A DNA stretch of 57,660 nucleotides from an uncultured virus (IMG/VR IMGVR_UViG_3300024302_000003) (taxonomy: Duplodnaviria; Heunggongvirae; Uroviricota; Caudoviricetes), in the IMG/VR virus record IMGVR_UViG_3300024302_000003; one strand, 5' to 3'. The notes beneath the pieces were generated by a model, which worked only from the letters and a program-made list of their open reading frames with translations, ran no database searches and was not told the origin of the DNA. The translations under genes were made by a program, and so were the position numbers. Shown here piece after piece: positions 28,288 to 38,700 of this stretch (position 1 is the stretch's first letter; each line of letters opens with the position of its first letter).

Positions 28288-28435
28288 AGGTTGCACAAGC
28301 AACATGCCTGTAAAGATTAGTGGTTACGTCAGCAATGCTTAATATTCCTGACAAGATTAAACATAATGCCTATGAATAGCGTTTGATAATCTAATGCTGT
28401 ACTCAGCATTGTTGGACATACTACTAATCTTTTTC
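28281..28435 (+). ncRNA. Putative rod-shaped small RNA (or 5' leader)
   Basis: 28312-28339 pairs with 28405-28432 including G-U pairs; inner stem agatt-aaac/gttt-aatct; U-run at the end; no ORF. Confidence 0.55.
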
Positions 28436-28463
28436 CCCTCGCCTCAAAGTAGTTTTTATTTTA

Positions 28464-29039
28464 ATGATGAAAGATCTTGATAGCTTTTTCATTAAAATTG
28501 AGGGAGATTCTCTCTCCTACTTTACCTCCTTTAGTAAAAAAAATCAAGAGTCTTGCCAGAGGGACTTAAAACCTCTGGCTCTTTTACCCTTTTCTTTTAA
28601 TAAAATGCAAACAGCACAATTAACAAAACGCGTTAATCATTTACTTGATAAATGCGAAAAAAATAGAACAGTAGGTGGCGAGAACATCTACTATTTAATT
28701 AAATCAGATTTCGAGGCCGAAGGGCTAGTAATGATGACGGTTTTAAATTTCATGACAAACGATACAGAAGCTTTAAATGTATTAGCGAATATAATAAACA
28801 TGCATCCTAACTTCGCTTATAAGCAGCTAATGCGAGGAGCTTTCGAGGAGTTAGACGATGATGAAATGCAGAGGCTGATGGATGAGCTAGGTATTTCCTA
28901 CGGCTCATATTGCGAGTGCCGCGATCAAGCCGTTAAGACATACTTTAATAGAAGACGGTTACTTATAGACCCTGATGTATACAAAGAGTTTAAACTGCAG
29001 AAGGATTTTAAACGTGATAAAGAACTAGCAGAAGCTTAG
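28464..29039 (+). CDS. Hypothetical protein
   Basis: 191-aa ORF followed by a terminator. Confidence 0.7.
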   Translation: MMKDLDSFFIKIEGDSLSYFTSFSKKNQESCQRDLKPLALLPFSFNKMQTAQLTKRVNHLLDKCEKNRTVGGENIYYLIKSDFEAEGLVMMTVLNFMTNDTEALNVLANIINMHPNFAYKQLMRGAFEELDDDEMQRLMDELGISYGSYCECRDQAVKTYFNRRRLLIDPDVYKEFKLQKDFKRDKELAEA

Positions 29040-29044
29040 TTCAC

Positions 29045-29077
29045 TAGGGAGAGGTTAATACTTCTCTCTATTTTTTT
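29045..29077 (+). terminator. Intrinsic terminator
   Basis: tagggagagg/cttctctcta stem followed by T7. Confidence 0.75.
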
Positions 29078-29102
29078 GCCTTTAAGTGGGTATAATACTT
29101 TA

Positions 29103-30932
29103 ATGATTACGCTTGAAAATGTAAAAGATAAAACCCTTGTTTTCGATATTGAAAGCGATGGACTCATACCCTCAATGACTAAGGTACATTGTATTGCTGT
29201 GGTATTAGAAAATGGCGAATCTGAGCTCTTCGGTCCTGATAGAATCGAAGAAGGTTTAGATATCGTAGCTAATGCTCATACTATAGTAGGACATAATATT
29301 ATTAATTTTGATATACCAGCTATTCAAAAGATTTATCCTGAGTGGAGGCCTAAGGGTCTTGTGAGAGATACTTTGATTATGGCTCGTGTAGAGCATAGTG
29401 ATGTATTTAATGAGGACGAAGAGGAAAGGCGTATTCCTTCTAAGTTATGGGGACGACACGGTTTAGAAGCATGGGGCCATCGTTTAGATGAGGCTAAAGG
29501 TGACTTTGGTAAAAATAGTGATTGGACTAATTACTCAGAAGAAATGGGTTTGTATTGCGTACAGGATACGATAGTTAATCTAAAGCTTTGGGAACACCTA
29601 AGGGATATACCGGAACAAGCTTGTCAGTTAGAGCATGCCTTTTTTAGGGTCTTGGAAAAACAAATGGCCCATGGGTGGCATTTCGATTGGGAGGCAGCCC
29701 AAGAACTACATCAAGTTTTATTGCGAAAGAAAAAGGATATTCAATATAACTTGGAGGAGAGCTTTCCTCCTATAGTAACTTATCTTAAAACGCCCGAATA
29801 TTGGTTAGACGATCAAGGCTTCTTCGATACTAGATATACTAACAAAGGCTCTGCTCCTAAGAGCATTAGAGGTAGTTTAAAACCAGGTCCTTTTAAAGCC
29901 AAGACAGCACCTTTTAATCCAGGTAGCCGAGATCAAGTAGCCGCTGTTTTAATGGCGAAATACAATTGGAAGCCTACTGAAAAAACAGCAACAGGTAAGC
30001 CTAAGATTGATGAGGAGACTCTTAAAGACTTAGATTATCCTGAAGTAGCTTTATTCAGAGAATACCTAATGATTACTAAACGTTTAGGGCAGTTAGCTGA
30101 TGGCGCAAAAGCATGGCTTAAGTCTGTAAAAGATGGGCGTATTTATGGCCGTATTAATCACAACGGTACAGTTACTGGAAGATGTAGCCATTCAAATCCA
30201 AACATGGGTCAAGTGCCTGCTATACGTGCTCCATATGGTAAAGAGTGCAGATCGCTCTTTGTTGTGCCTGAGGGTTATAAATTAATAGGTTGTGATGCCT
30301 CTGGCTTGGAGTTAAGGTGCTTAGCTCATTATACGTATAAATGGGATCAAGGTACTTATGTAAAAGAGGTATTGGGTGGAGACATTCATACAGCTAATCA
30401 AAAAGCAGCTGGTCTTGACACTAGAGACCAAGCTAAGACTTTTATCTATGCTCTTAATTATGGCGCAGGTGACGCCAAGATCGGTAGTATTATGGGAGGT
30501 ACTGCTGTTGATGGTAAAAAGATTAAAAAGAAATTCTTTGAAACTTTACCAGGCTTAAAGAAGCTTATGAAAGAAGTGGAAATTACTGTTAATCGTCGTG
30601 GATATATCCGTGGCTTAGATGGTAGGCCTTTGCCTATTAGAGCTATGCATGCTGCGCTTAATGTATTACTTCAATCAGCTGGTGCGGTAATCATGAAACA
30701 AGCTACTGTTTTAATGGACGCCGAATTCACCAAACGAGGCTGGACACCTAAAGAGGTACAACAAGTAGGGCATATACATGATGAAGTACAGATACAAGCT
30801 AGGGAAGATCTTGCCGATGAGGTAGGACGTATAGCTGTGAAATGCATAGAAGATACTACTGATATATTAGGCTTAGATTGCCCTATGACAGGTGAGTATA
30901 AGGTAGGCAGTAATTGGGCAGATACGCATTAA
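29103..30932 (+). CDS. polA: T7 gp5-like family A DNA polymerase with 3'-5' exonuclease
   Basis: FDIESDG (ExoI), GHNIINFD (ExoII), YCVQD (ExoIII), DASGLELR (motif A), RDQAKTFIYA (B), HIHDEVQ (C); ATG 29103 is 6 nt after TATAAT. Confidence 0.95.
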   Translation: MITLENVKDKTLVFDIESDGLIPSMTKVHCIAVVLENGESELFGPDRIEEGLDIVANAHTIVGHNIINFDIPAIQKIYPEWRPKGLVRDTLIMARVEHSDVFNEDEEERRIPSKLWGRHGLEAWGHRLDEAKGDFGKNSDWTNYSEEMGLYCVQDTIVNLKLWEHLRDIPEQACQLEHAFFRVLEKQMAHGWHFDWEAAQELHQVLLRKKKDIQYNLEESFPPIVTYLKTPEYWLDDQGFFDTRYTNKGSAPKSIRGSLKPGPFKAKTAPFNPGSRDQVAAVLMAKYNWKPTEKTATGKPKIDEETLKDLDYPEVALFREYLMITKRLGQLADGAKAWLKSVKDGRIYGRINHNGTVTGRCSHSNPNMGQVPAIRAPYGKECRSLFVVPEGYKLIGCDASGLELRCLAHYTYKWDQGTYVKEVLGGDIHTANQKAAGLDTRDQAKTFIYALNYGAGDAKIGSIMGGTAVDGKKIKKKFFETLPGLKKLMKEVEITVNRRGYIRGLDGRPLPIRAMHAALNVLLQSAGAVIMKQATVLMDAEFTKRGWTPKEVQQVGHIHDEVQIQAREDLADEVGRIAVKCIEDTTDILGLDCPMTGEYKVGSNWADTH

Positions 30933-30957
30933 AAAAAATACATATACTAGGTATAAA
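30929..30957 (+). promoter_or_regulatory. Promoter-like motif TTAAA-N16-GGTATAAA
   Basis: Motif copy followed by a hairpin at 30960-30985. Confidence 0.7.
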
Positions 30958-31006
30958 ATAGTATCAGGCTCTTCTGTCTGATACTTTTCCTTTTAGGAGA
31001 CACAAC

Positions 31007-31369
31007 ATGAAATGTAAATTTAAGGGCTGCAGTAAAGCAGCCAAGACACGAGGGTTGTGTAGTTCCCACTACACAGCTATTCACCAAGCTTTAAAGAAGG
31101 GTACCTTCGAGGTGACCCTTGCCGAGGCTGCTGAAGGCAGGGAGCTGCTGAGTTTGTTAGCCGATGCGGAGCTTCATACAGAAGCCACCCTCTTATCAGA
31201 GGGGAACACTATTCCCATTACGTCTATCAAGATGGCGGAAGCGGTAGGGCTGGTGAACCCACCTATTCCTGCCAATAAAAGGTATAAACGCCGCAAGCGC
31301 ACTAAGCTGGAAATACAGCTTATTAACACCTTTGCAAAGGTAGGTGGGGTAGTTAACATCAAGCGTTAA
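31007..31369 (+). CDS. Protein with N-terminal C-x4-C-x9-C-x2-H zinc finger, likely DNA-binding
   Basis: MKCKFKGCSKAAKTRGLCSSHY; AGGAG SD; basic C-terminus. Confidence 0.75.
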   Translation: MKCKFKGCSKAAKTRGLCSSHYTAIHQALKKGTFEVTLAEAAEGRELLSLLADAELHTEATLLSEGNTIPITSIKMAEAVGLVNPPIPANKRYKRRKRTKLEIQLINTFAKVGGVVNIKR

Positions 31370-31382
31370 CAGAGGCTCCTTG

Positions 31383-31416
31383 AGAGAGATTGCATTTTAT
31401 GTGGCCTCTCTTTTTT
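31383..31416 (+). terminator. Intrinsic terminator
   Basis: agagag...ctctct stem followed by a T-run. Confidence 0.65.
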
Positions 31417-31417
31417 G

Positions 31418-31446
31418 CTAAAAAATACAGTTTTACTAGGTATAAA
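31418..31446 (+). promoter_or_regulatory. Promoter-like motif CTAAA-N16-GGTATAAA
   Basis: Motif copy directly after a terminator. Confidence 0.7.
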
Positions 31447-31450
31447 TTAA

Positions 31451-31609
31451 TACTCAGAAATGAGTAGAAATTTCATTAACTTACAAATACTAGTTTGGTA
31501 AGGTAATGGCTGTTAATTTAAGGTATTCTCCTTCCTAGTTAAATAGGTAACCTTTTAACAAAGTTGATCGCTTTGATAAATTACACACATTATATTGAAA
31601 TTTCTTTTT
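31451..31609 (+). ncRNA. Putative multi-branched small RNA
   Basis: 5' tactca-GAAA-tgagta hairpin; 10-bp closing helix 31466-75/31596-605 followed by a U-run; internal hairpins; only very short ORFs. Confidence 0.5.
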
Positions 31610-31610
31610 G

Positions 31611-31639
31611 CTAAAAAAGACAGCTTTACTAGGCATAAA
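31611..31639 (+). promoter_or_regulatory. Promoter-like motif CTAAA-N16-GGCATAAA
   Basis: Motif copy. Confidence 0.7.
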
Positions 31640-31684
31640 AGAATGTAAGCAAAATGTTTACGTACATTTAACAAAGGAGTTAAC

Positions 31685-31828
31685 ATGAAAGAGTCCGCCC
31701 CCCAACATATCAGTGCTCTTATCGAAAAGTATTTACCAAAGATGTTAAACGAGGATATATCAAAAACTAAAAAGAAAGAAGGTCAACAACTTCTTTTATT
31801 CCCTAAAAAGTCATCTAAGGAGAAATAA
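31685..31828 (+). CDS. 47-aa protein with a QLLLF clamp-binding-like motif
   Basis: AAGGAG SD; MKESAPQHISALIEKYLPKMLNEDISKTKKKEGQQLLLFPKKSSKEK. Confidence 0.65.
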   Translation: MKESAPQHISALIEKYLPKMLNEDISKTKKKEGQQLLLFPKKSSKEK

Positions 31829-31845
31829 TGACTAAAACAAGAAAC

Positions 31846-31910
31846 TACTTTTATAAATATATTAATCTTTTTACTTTTATAAATATATTAATCTTTTTAC
31901 TTTTATAAAT
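31846..31910. repeat. 2.5 x 26-bp AT-rich tandem repeat inside small ORF 31828-31908
   Basis: Unit tacttttataaatatattaatctttt. Confidence 0.9.
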
Positions 31911-31939
31911 TGGGTCCTTAATTGGACTCGGCTTTTTTG

Positions 31940-31969
31940 CTAAATTTAGATCTCTTTTTTTGGTATAAA
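31940..31969 (+). promoter_or_regulatory. Promoter-like motif CTAAA-N17-GGTATAAA
   Basis: Motif copy upstream of the lysozyme gene. Confidence 0.7.
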
Positions 31970-32018
31970 TAAATATCCAGCAATTCGCTGGTGTAAACGT
32001 TTACCAAGGAGGTAAAAA

Positions 32019-32528
32019 ATGGAAGTATTCTTCCCAAAATTCCGCTCACTGAAGCGGCAGAAGCTGAGGTTTGGCCTCATCTTATACGCACTGGGCATAG
32101 CCACAGGTTTTCTTGTGTCCATGCTAGTGGGGCCAACACAGGCAACACAGGTGGCGTGGCCCACCCAGGCACCACAGGTGACACAGGTAACACATGAGGC
32201 CTTCTTGGAGGCCTTATGGGAGGTGGAGGCGAGTGGATCGCTAACACCCCCCGATGGGGATGACGGTAAGGCCATAGGACCTTACCAGATCCATCTTGCT
32301 TATTGGCAAGATGCGGTGGCCAAAGTTGGCTCGGGAGTCTACCAAGACTGCCGGGACAAGATGTATGCGGAGAAGATAATCTCCGCGTACATGGGGCGAT
32401 ACTGTCCCCAGGCCTGGGAGGAGGGTGATTGGGCGACAATCGCCCGGACGCACAATGGCGGCCCAAGGGGGCCGTTGAAAACCAGTACTAAAAAGTACTG
32501 GAAGAAGGTGAAGGCTCAGTTATACTGA
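32019..32528 (+). CDS. Destabilase/i-type lysozyme-like muralytic enzyme with an N-terminal TM anchor
   Basis: EVEASG, GPYQIHLAYWQDA, ARTHNGGPRG, TKKYWKKV; AAGGAGGT SD. Confidence 0.8.
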   Translation: MEVFFPKFRSLKRQKLRFGLILYALGIATGFLVSMLVGPTQATQVAWPTQAPQVTQVTHEAFLEALWEVEASGSLTPPDGDDGKAIGPYQIHLAYWQDAVAKVGSGVYQDCRDKMYAEKIISAYMGRYCPQAWEEGDWATIARTHNGGPRGPLKTSTKKYWKKVKAQLY

Positions 32529-32560
32529 GTCTTCACCTGGGGGTTGAACTCCCCCTTTTT
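32506..32560 (+). terminator. Double hairpin / intrinsic terminator
   Basis: aggtgaaggctcagt/actgagtcttcacct, then ggggg/ccccc and a T-run. Confidence 0.7.
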
Positions 32561-32566
32561 GTAAAA

Positions 32567-32764
32567 ATGATACTAGAAAAAATAAAAAACTTATTTAACC
32601 CCACACGCAAGTTTGATTCAGAGCTACTAGTAATGAATAAACGGCTTGAAAAAATTGCATCTCAGGTCGAAAACCAACGCGTGACGCTACAAATACTCGA
32701 AGACCGTGTTAGAGATAACGGCACTGAGATCGTAGCATTGAAAGCTTACGAAGATATTAAATAA
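32567..32764 (+). CDS. Small coiled-coil protein
   Basis: 65-aa ORF with heptad pattern. Confidence 0.55.
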   Translation: MILEKIKNLFNPTRKFDSELLVMNKRLEKIASQVENQRVTLQILEDRVRDNGTEIVALKAYEDIK

Positions 32765-32773
32765 GGATGCGGG

Positions 32774-35700
32774 TTATTTGTACCCCTCCTCTTCTTCGTA
32801 GGGCAGTGACCCCATAGATCCGTTTGCTTCACATTCGAAAGAATAAGGAGATCCTCCTACAGCATAGCAATCCGCCTCGGTGATGGTATCGTCACAGTAT
32901 ACATAAGGAGTCCCCTTACCTATACAGCAATTGCAGTAGTTATCGTCGCCGTCTTGTGCCCATGCAGGTGGCTCTGGTGCAGCGGGCTCATTGTGAAAAT
33001 AAAGATCTATAGTTACAGGGTCGGCCTCGTTTGAGAAAATAATAACTGTTGGATACCAACCCTGTCTAAAGTTTGTGGCATCATTTAATGGTGCGGTTAT
33101 CTCCATAACCATATCTAAACTAGTACCTGCAGGAACTATATATGTACCGTCTACAGCTATCGGCGTAGCAGTGTTTATAGCTGTAACAGTAAACCTCTCG
33201 GTGGGTGTATTAGGCAGTTCTGTAATAATGCAGGGATAGAATGAAGTAGCAGCAGTGCTTCCATATACTTCTACATTATATCTATTGTCTACTATTCTTA
33301 GTGGGTAAGCTGCCCCAGTATTTTTCATTTTAATCGGTATATAATATGTTCCGCCATCACATACAGGGTCTTTAACCGTGCCAGCTGCATCTACTAAGCG
33401 CCCTGTAATGCGGTATTCGGAAGGACCCCCAATCTCGCGTCTTTTAATAACCACTGTACCAGTGTAATGGTGTAGATGAGTCGAAGGATTATTTATATCA
33501 AAATTATGGACCAGTGCATCAAAAATATCATGTAAGCGGAAAGCTTCTTTTGCCATATCCCCCGGACCCGTATTGTTGCCGGTGCGCAGTCTATAAATAC
33601 CGGGCCTATGAAAATTAATATGCCTTAAATCCGTATTAAGTAAAGCAGCATTGGTGTCTTCTAGATAAAACCACTGGATACCAGTAGCTGTAGCATCTAT
33701 CTTTGGCCTTATCATTGAATAAGATACAGGTAAGTCATAACTAGGCTCTCCGCTGTACCATGGTTCAGTATGTAAAGCTGTTTTAGTGTAATAAGTGTCT
33801 GATATCTCAGTACTGGATAAAAACCAAACAGCCTCATTATTTACGTTATTATGTATATCTATTGCTGTAAACTTGATAGTGTTTGCTATAGCCCATTCTA
33901 TGGGATTATTTTTTAATAGAATAATTCTATAATTAGGGTCTATAGGATCTTGGCTATACGTCCAACCAGGCTCTACATTAAAAATATTAAAGGCATCAGG
34001 GTCTGGTGTGTTTTCCGCATAGTAAGAGCCTTCGTTCTTTAAAACTAGCTTAGGGAAATCTGTAATAATACGCCCCCCTGCTACATATGTGTGCTGTGCG
34101 GAATTTAGTAAGTTACTATTATCTTGAGTGTATAAAGACGCATGAACACGGCTTCGTGCGTCACCAATAGGTATATGTTTAGGGATATAATCAGTCGTAA
34201 ATACAAGAGAAGCCCCAACTACCACTTCTACATGCCCATTTGGTAGGTAATCAGCCGCCGAAGGTGAGACAGCTACATTGTGAGATTCAGGGTCATATGA
34301 GTCTAAGTGTGCCCATATGGTTTTTTGTCCTGTATTGATTAAGGTTCCTGTCTGTATATTTGGAAAAGTATAGCCTAATCTAGCCGCCCCTGCGTTCCCT
34401 ATTGAAGGTACGTTAGTTATAGTAAAAGAATAACCAGCTGGCTTGACAAGGGTAGTGAAAGTAGTAATATGTTTACCCTCAGCGTTAAAGCCATGATCTA
34501 CCTCTGCCGTATAGTTCACCGAAGCTTCTGTGTCATTGGCGGGGGCGAGCCCTTCAAAGTCTATAACTTGTGTGGCGTCAGGTATTAGCGTACCTGAAAT
34601 GGGGGAAGAAGCAGCTACACCAAAATCTAGGCTATTTTGGCCTATTGTTATGTTATATGCAATATCTACATTGCCTATGTTTCTTAATGTATTAGTGGTA
34701 GTGATAACTGACTCAGGTTCCTCTCTAGTACCTCCAAAAGAAGGGTACTTCTCCCAAATAAGACTCTCGACCAAGGGCTCAATAGTAGCTTGTATGGTAA
34801 CAACACCTCGCTTATAACCCTCTTCTCCCGTAGTGCAGGTAATATTAACCCCCTCCAGCAGAGTCGTATTTTCTGCTGGAACAGTCAATCGAATTGTTAC
34901 GTCATGCGCAGAAGCGCCGTTTTCTAAGTCAGTAAAAGCCCCTCCACTAAGAATTGTAAGGTTTTGTGCGCTACTATCCAGGGTAACAGTACCCGACAAA
35001 GCCCCTCCGCCTGTATTTATAATAGAAAACGTTTTATCAACAGTACCTGCATTAGAGGCAATAGTGCCTAGATTAAATGTATCCTGAATAACACGTTTTG
35101 CTGTATCTTTTTTATGAGCTGCGCTCTTTGTAGGAGGATCAGTTTCCGCAACAGTGAAAGTATTTAAATCCGGACTGTGGATACTTAATACCGGACCCCA
35201 AACAGGATTAATTAAAAAAGGTACGTTGTCCGGGGATATAAAAGGACCATCGGCTGTTAGGTGGCCTGTTCCTACATTTATTATCTCAAACAAGCTAGTG
35301 GGTAAGGTATCCACGCTGTAATTGTTAATAGGCACAAAAGTAAATGTACGTGTATCAGATATATTTTCATCTGCTAAAGATATAGCAGCACTACCATTTA
35401 ATGTTAATTCGTTTTGTGTATCTACAATTGATATATCACCATACACATCTATGTTGCCCGCGTCACCTATACTATCATTATCAAATGTTATATCATCAGT
35501 AGCGTAGCTAAATGTGTTATCGCCTACTATGTTTTGCCTAAAATATTCATTCCCTAAACCTATAAAGGTATATCTGTCTATCGCTGAAGGACTTATATTA
35601 AGTATAGCTCTAGGATCAGTTGTAACTTCTCCGCCCCATGCTACAGTAAAATCAGCTAGATTTGTATCAGAGAGAATAGAGACATTGTAGATTTGCTGAT

Positions 35701-38700
35701 CTCCAATAGTAGATAGATTGGGGTCATCTGCAGGTGTAAATTTACCTACACAGTAGATAGTTTCCCCCGGAAGCAATGTATAAGTATCTGTTAATATAAC
35801 CTGATTAACATCATGCCAATCTGCTGCCCATGCAGGCCTGCCAGGAGGTTCAGCTTCTAAAGTAACCGTAGCGTCAAATAAACCTTCGTTTGTAATCTCG
35901 AATGATTCCCATATTTCTCTAGTCTCGTTTAAATCTGCATAATATGCACTGGAATTTGTTCTAAGACTTAGTTGAGGTGTAATATCTTGTACACTTGTTT
36001 GAATAAGCTGCGTGCCTAGATCTCCTAAGTCTCCATTTGTGGTTGTGGCGGCTAAGCGCAAGCTAAAAGTACTATTAGCTGTGATTTCCCCAAAGACTGC
36101 TTTTAGAGTTAGAGATAGTGTCTCACCTATTGCTAAAGCCTGGGACACTGTATGATCCCAAGGCGTCGCGCCTTGATAAAGCATTAGTTCTGATTCGCCA
36201 TAGTGCCCAAAAGGGTTCTCGAAGTTTCTTATATCAAAAGTAAAAGAAACAACGCCATCCGAAGTATTTGAGTTTTGTATATTAAAAGGGAAATCCGTTG
36301 TCGTATTCTCTTCTACATCTACAATTAAATCATTCCCTCCATTGATAATAAGTACATAATTGGATGCAGAGACATTAGCGGATAAATATATATGAGACAC
36401 AGGGGTGTCTCCTTCAGCATTTATAGTTAATACTTCAGAATAAGGACCTTCTTTAGTGAAAGGATCAAATTCTATCGTGTAGGTAGCCGAGGAATTCAAT
36501 CCACCTGACTCATCCAAGGTTGTTTCTCCCCCATAAGCTACTAGAGTAAAAGCACTTAAGGCGCTATCATCTATTGTAAAAGATCCTTGAGCCGTCCCTG
36601 TGTTATCAACAGTGAAAACAGTACTCTCAATATCACCCCCTTCAATTAAAGAACCCAGGGAGATGTTATCTACTGAAGGTGTGATATCAGCTGAATTTAA
36701 TGTTATATTCAAATTAATGGGGATTTCATTATATGTAAGCACCTCCGAATTTATCTTGACGCCATCACTATCAACTAGAGTAATTGTGTTCACGTAAGAC
36801 GATAGACCTGTTTGTGGGGTAAAAGTTAAAGGAGTAGCTGAAAGATCTCCCACGTTATTAAATGTAAAAGAGACACCCGGTTGACCCGCCTCCGTATCAG
36901 GGAGGTTTAGATTAAACAGGCTGTCTAGGGCGATAAAGCCTGAAATACCTTGCTCGGGAAGGGCAACACCTTCATCGATTAACTCATATTGTATGGCAAG
37001 CGTATAGGTTTTTCCTACCGTAAAAGCTCCACTACTTATTTCAGTACCTTGCTCATCTGTCCAGTAGACACTTATTGTTTCGTTTGCGTCCACACCGCCC
37101 CCTTCGTTTATATGATCTGGCGTATTGCCTACCTTAGGCGGCTGTTCTTCTTCTTCTTCTTCTACCTCGCCACAGCAAGGACCTGGAGCTACAGGACTAA
37201 CACAGTTATGCGCAGGGAAACAATCTTCGTTAGCAATGAAAACGCCTGTCCTGCACTCACAATACTCCTGGTACCACTCATTACAAGGATGTGGATCGGA
37301 GCAATGGCCATAGGGTTGATTACAATGTTTGCCAGAATGATTAAAGTTAACTCTATCATCCCCACAACATTTTGCCGTTGTAACGTCACATGATGTATTA
37401 TTAGCTGCAATGCTTCCGTTCCCTAAAAAGGAGCCGTTTTGAGCTGCACACCAATTTTTAGGTCCGTTGAAGTATATGAAGGGAGGAGTGTCTACACAGG
37501 TATAACCATTTTCGTCGCACCCAGTGATTCCAATATGGTCTCCGCCTATGGGAGGACTACAAGGAGCGCAGACGGCACCTCCTATCGGTATACAGCAAGC
37601 GCCTGTATAAATGGTCGGCTCAGTTTCATACCCTATTTCACCTGATAATTCAAAAAGAATACCTTTGTGTCTAGGTCGCACACGTGTTAAAACTGTTAGC
37701 CCCTCTGATATAGAGACCGTGGTTCCTTCTGCATCACTGCCTAATTTTGTTCGTATTTGGAGAGGCATTACATCGTCATCTTTTTGTGGGTACTCAAAGT
37801 GTTGCTCAAACCCAGTGATAAAATCGGAGGTTTTTCTATGTAAAGAGGCGTACCATTCTCCATTTCCAGAGGTACCATAATGATTAAAAAGACTAAGCCC
37901 TGATCGATCTGATTCCCACGTTGTCATAGGCTCAATACCTATGTTCCGTTGTTCAGGTATATCATATATGAAATTCCCCCAGCCAGAAGCGTGTATATCT
38001 TGTGACGCTTTATTAAAAGAGGGGAAGAATTTAAAAACTCGCCCAGCCGCTGCCTTAATCCTATCAAAACCTAAAGTCCACCCAGATTTAGAACCATCTT
38101 CTAAACCTTTTCCACCTAAAGATGCATAGACTGTATCCTTGTCTTCTATCAGCTCATCTGTATTAATTTTCTTATATGTCTGTCCTTGTGTACGTGCTTC
38201 ATTAGGATTGAATTTATTTCTTTCTGCGCCTTCTTTTGTTATCTCTAAATTAGGAGCTACATGCAGCGCACTCTCTTGTCTTTCTTTTAAAACCCAGTCG
38301 CTTCCTGAATGCATGTAATTATACATATTGTGATCAAAGGTAGGCTCCACATGTAACGTAACAGCCATATCTGGTTTTTTCTCTTTTATAAGAGCTTCTT
38401 CGATAGGTCGTTGCGCTATAAGAAATTGGAAAAGATGATACTGCCCTCTGACTTGTTCTATAATATGAAAAAGATCATCGTACATTTCATTCCTAGAGCC
38501 CCAACCGAGTTTTTCATATAGCTCACCTACTTTATCTATGCTATTAGCATCTAACTCGCCGATCGTAGTATTATAAAGACCTATGCGTTGTTTCCTTAAA
38601 ACCTTGGCTAGTGATTCAATCTTTTCTGGTTTTGTTTTGCGATCATAAACGTCAAAGGCGTTAGAGGCAGGTGCTAATGAAAATAAGTTTAGATTCATTA

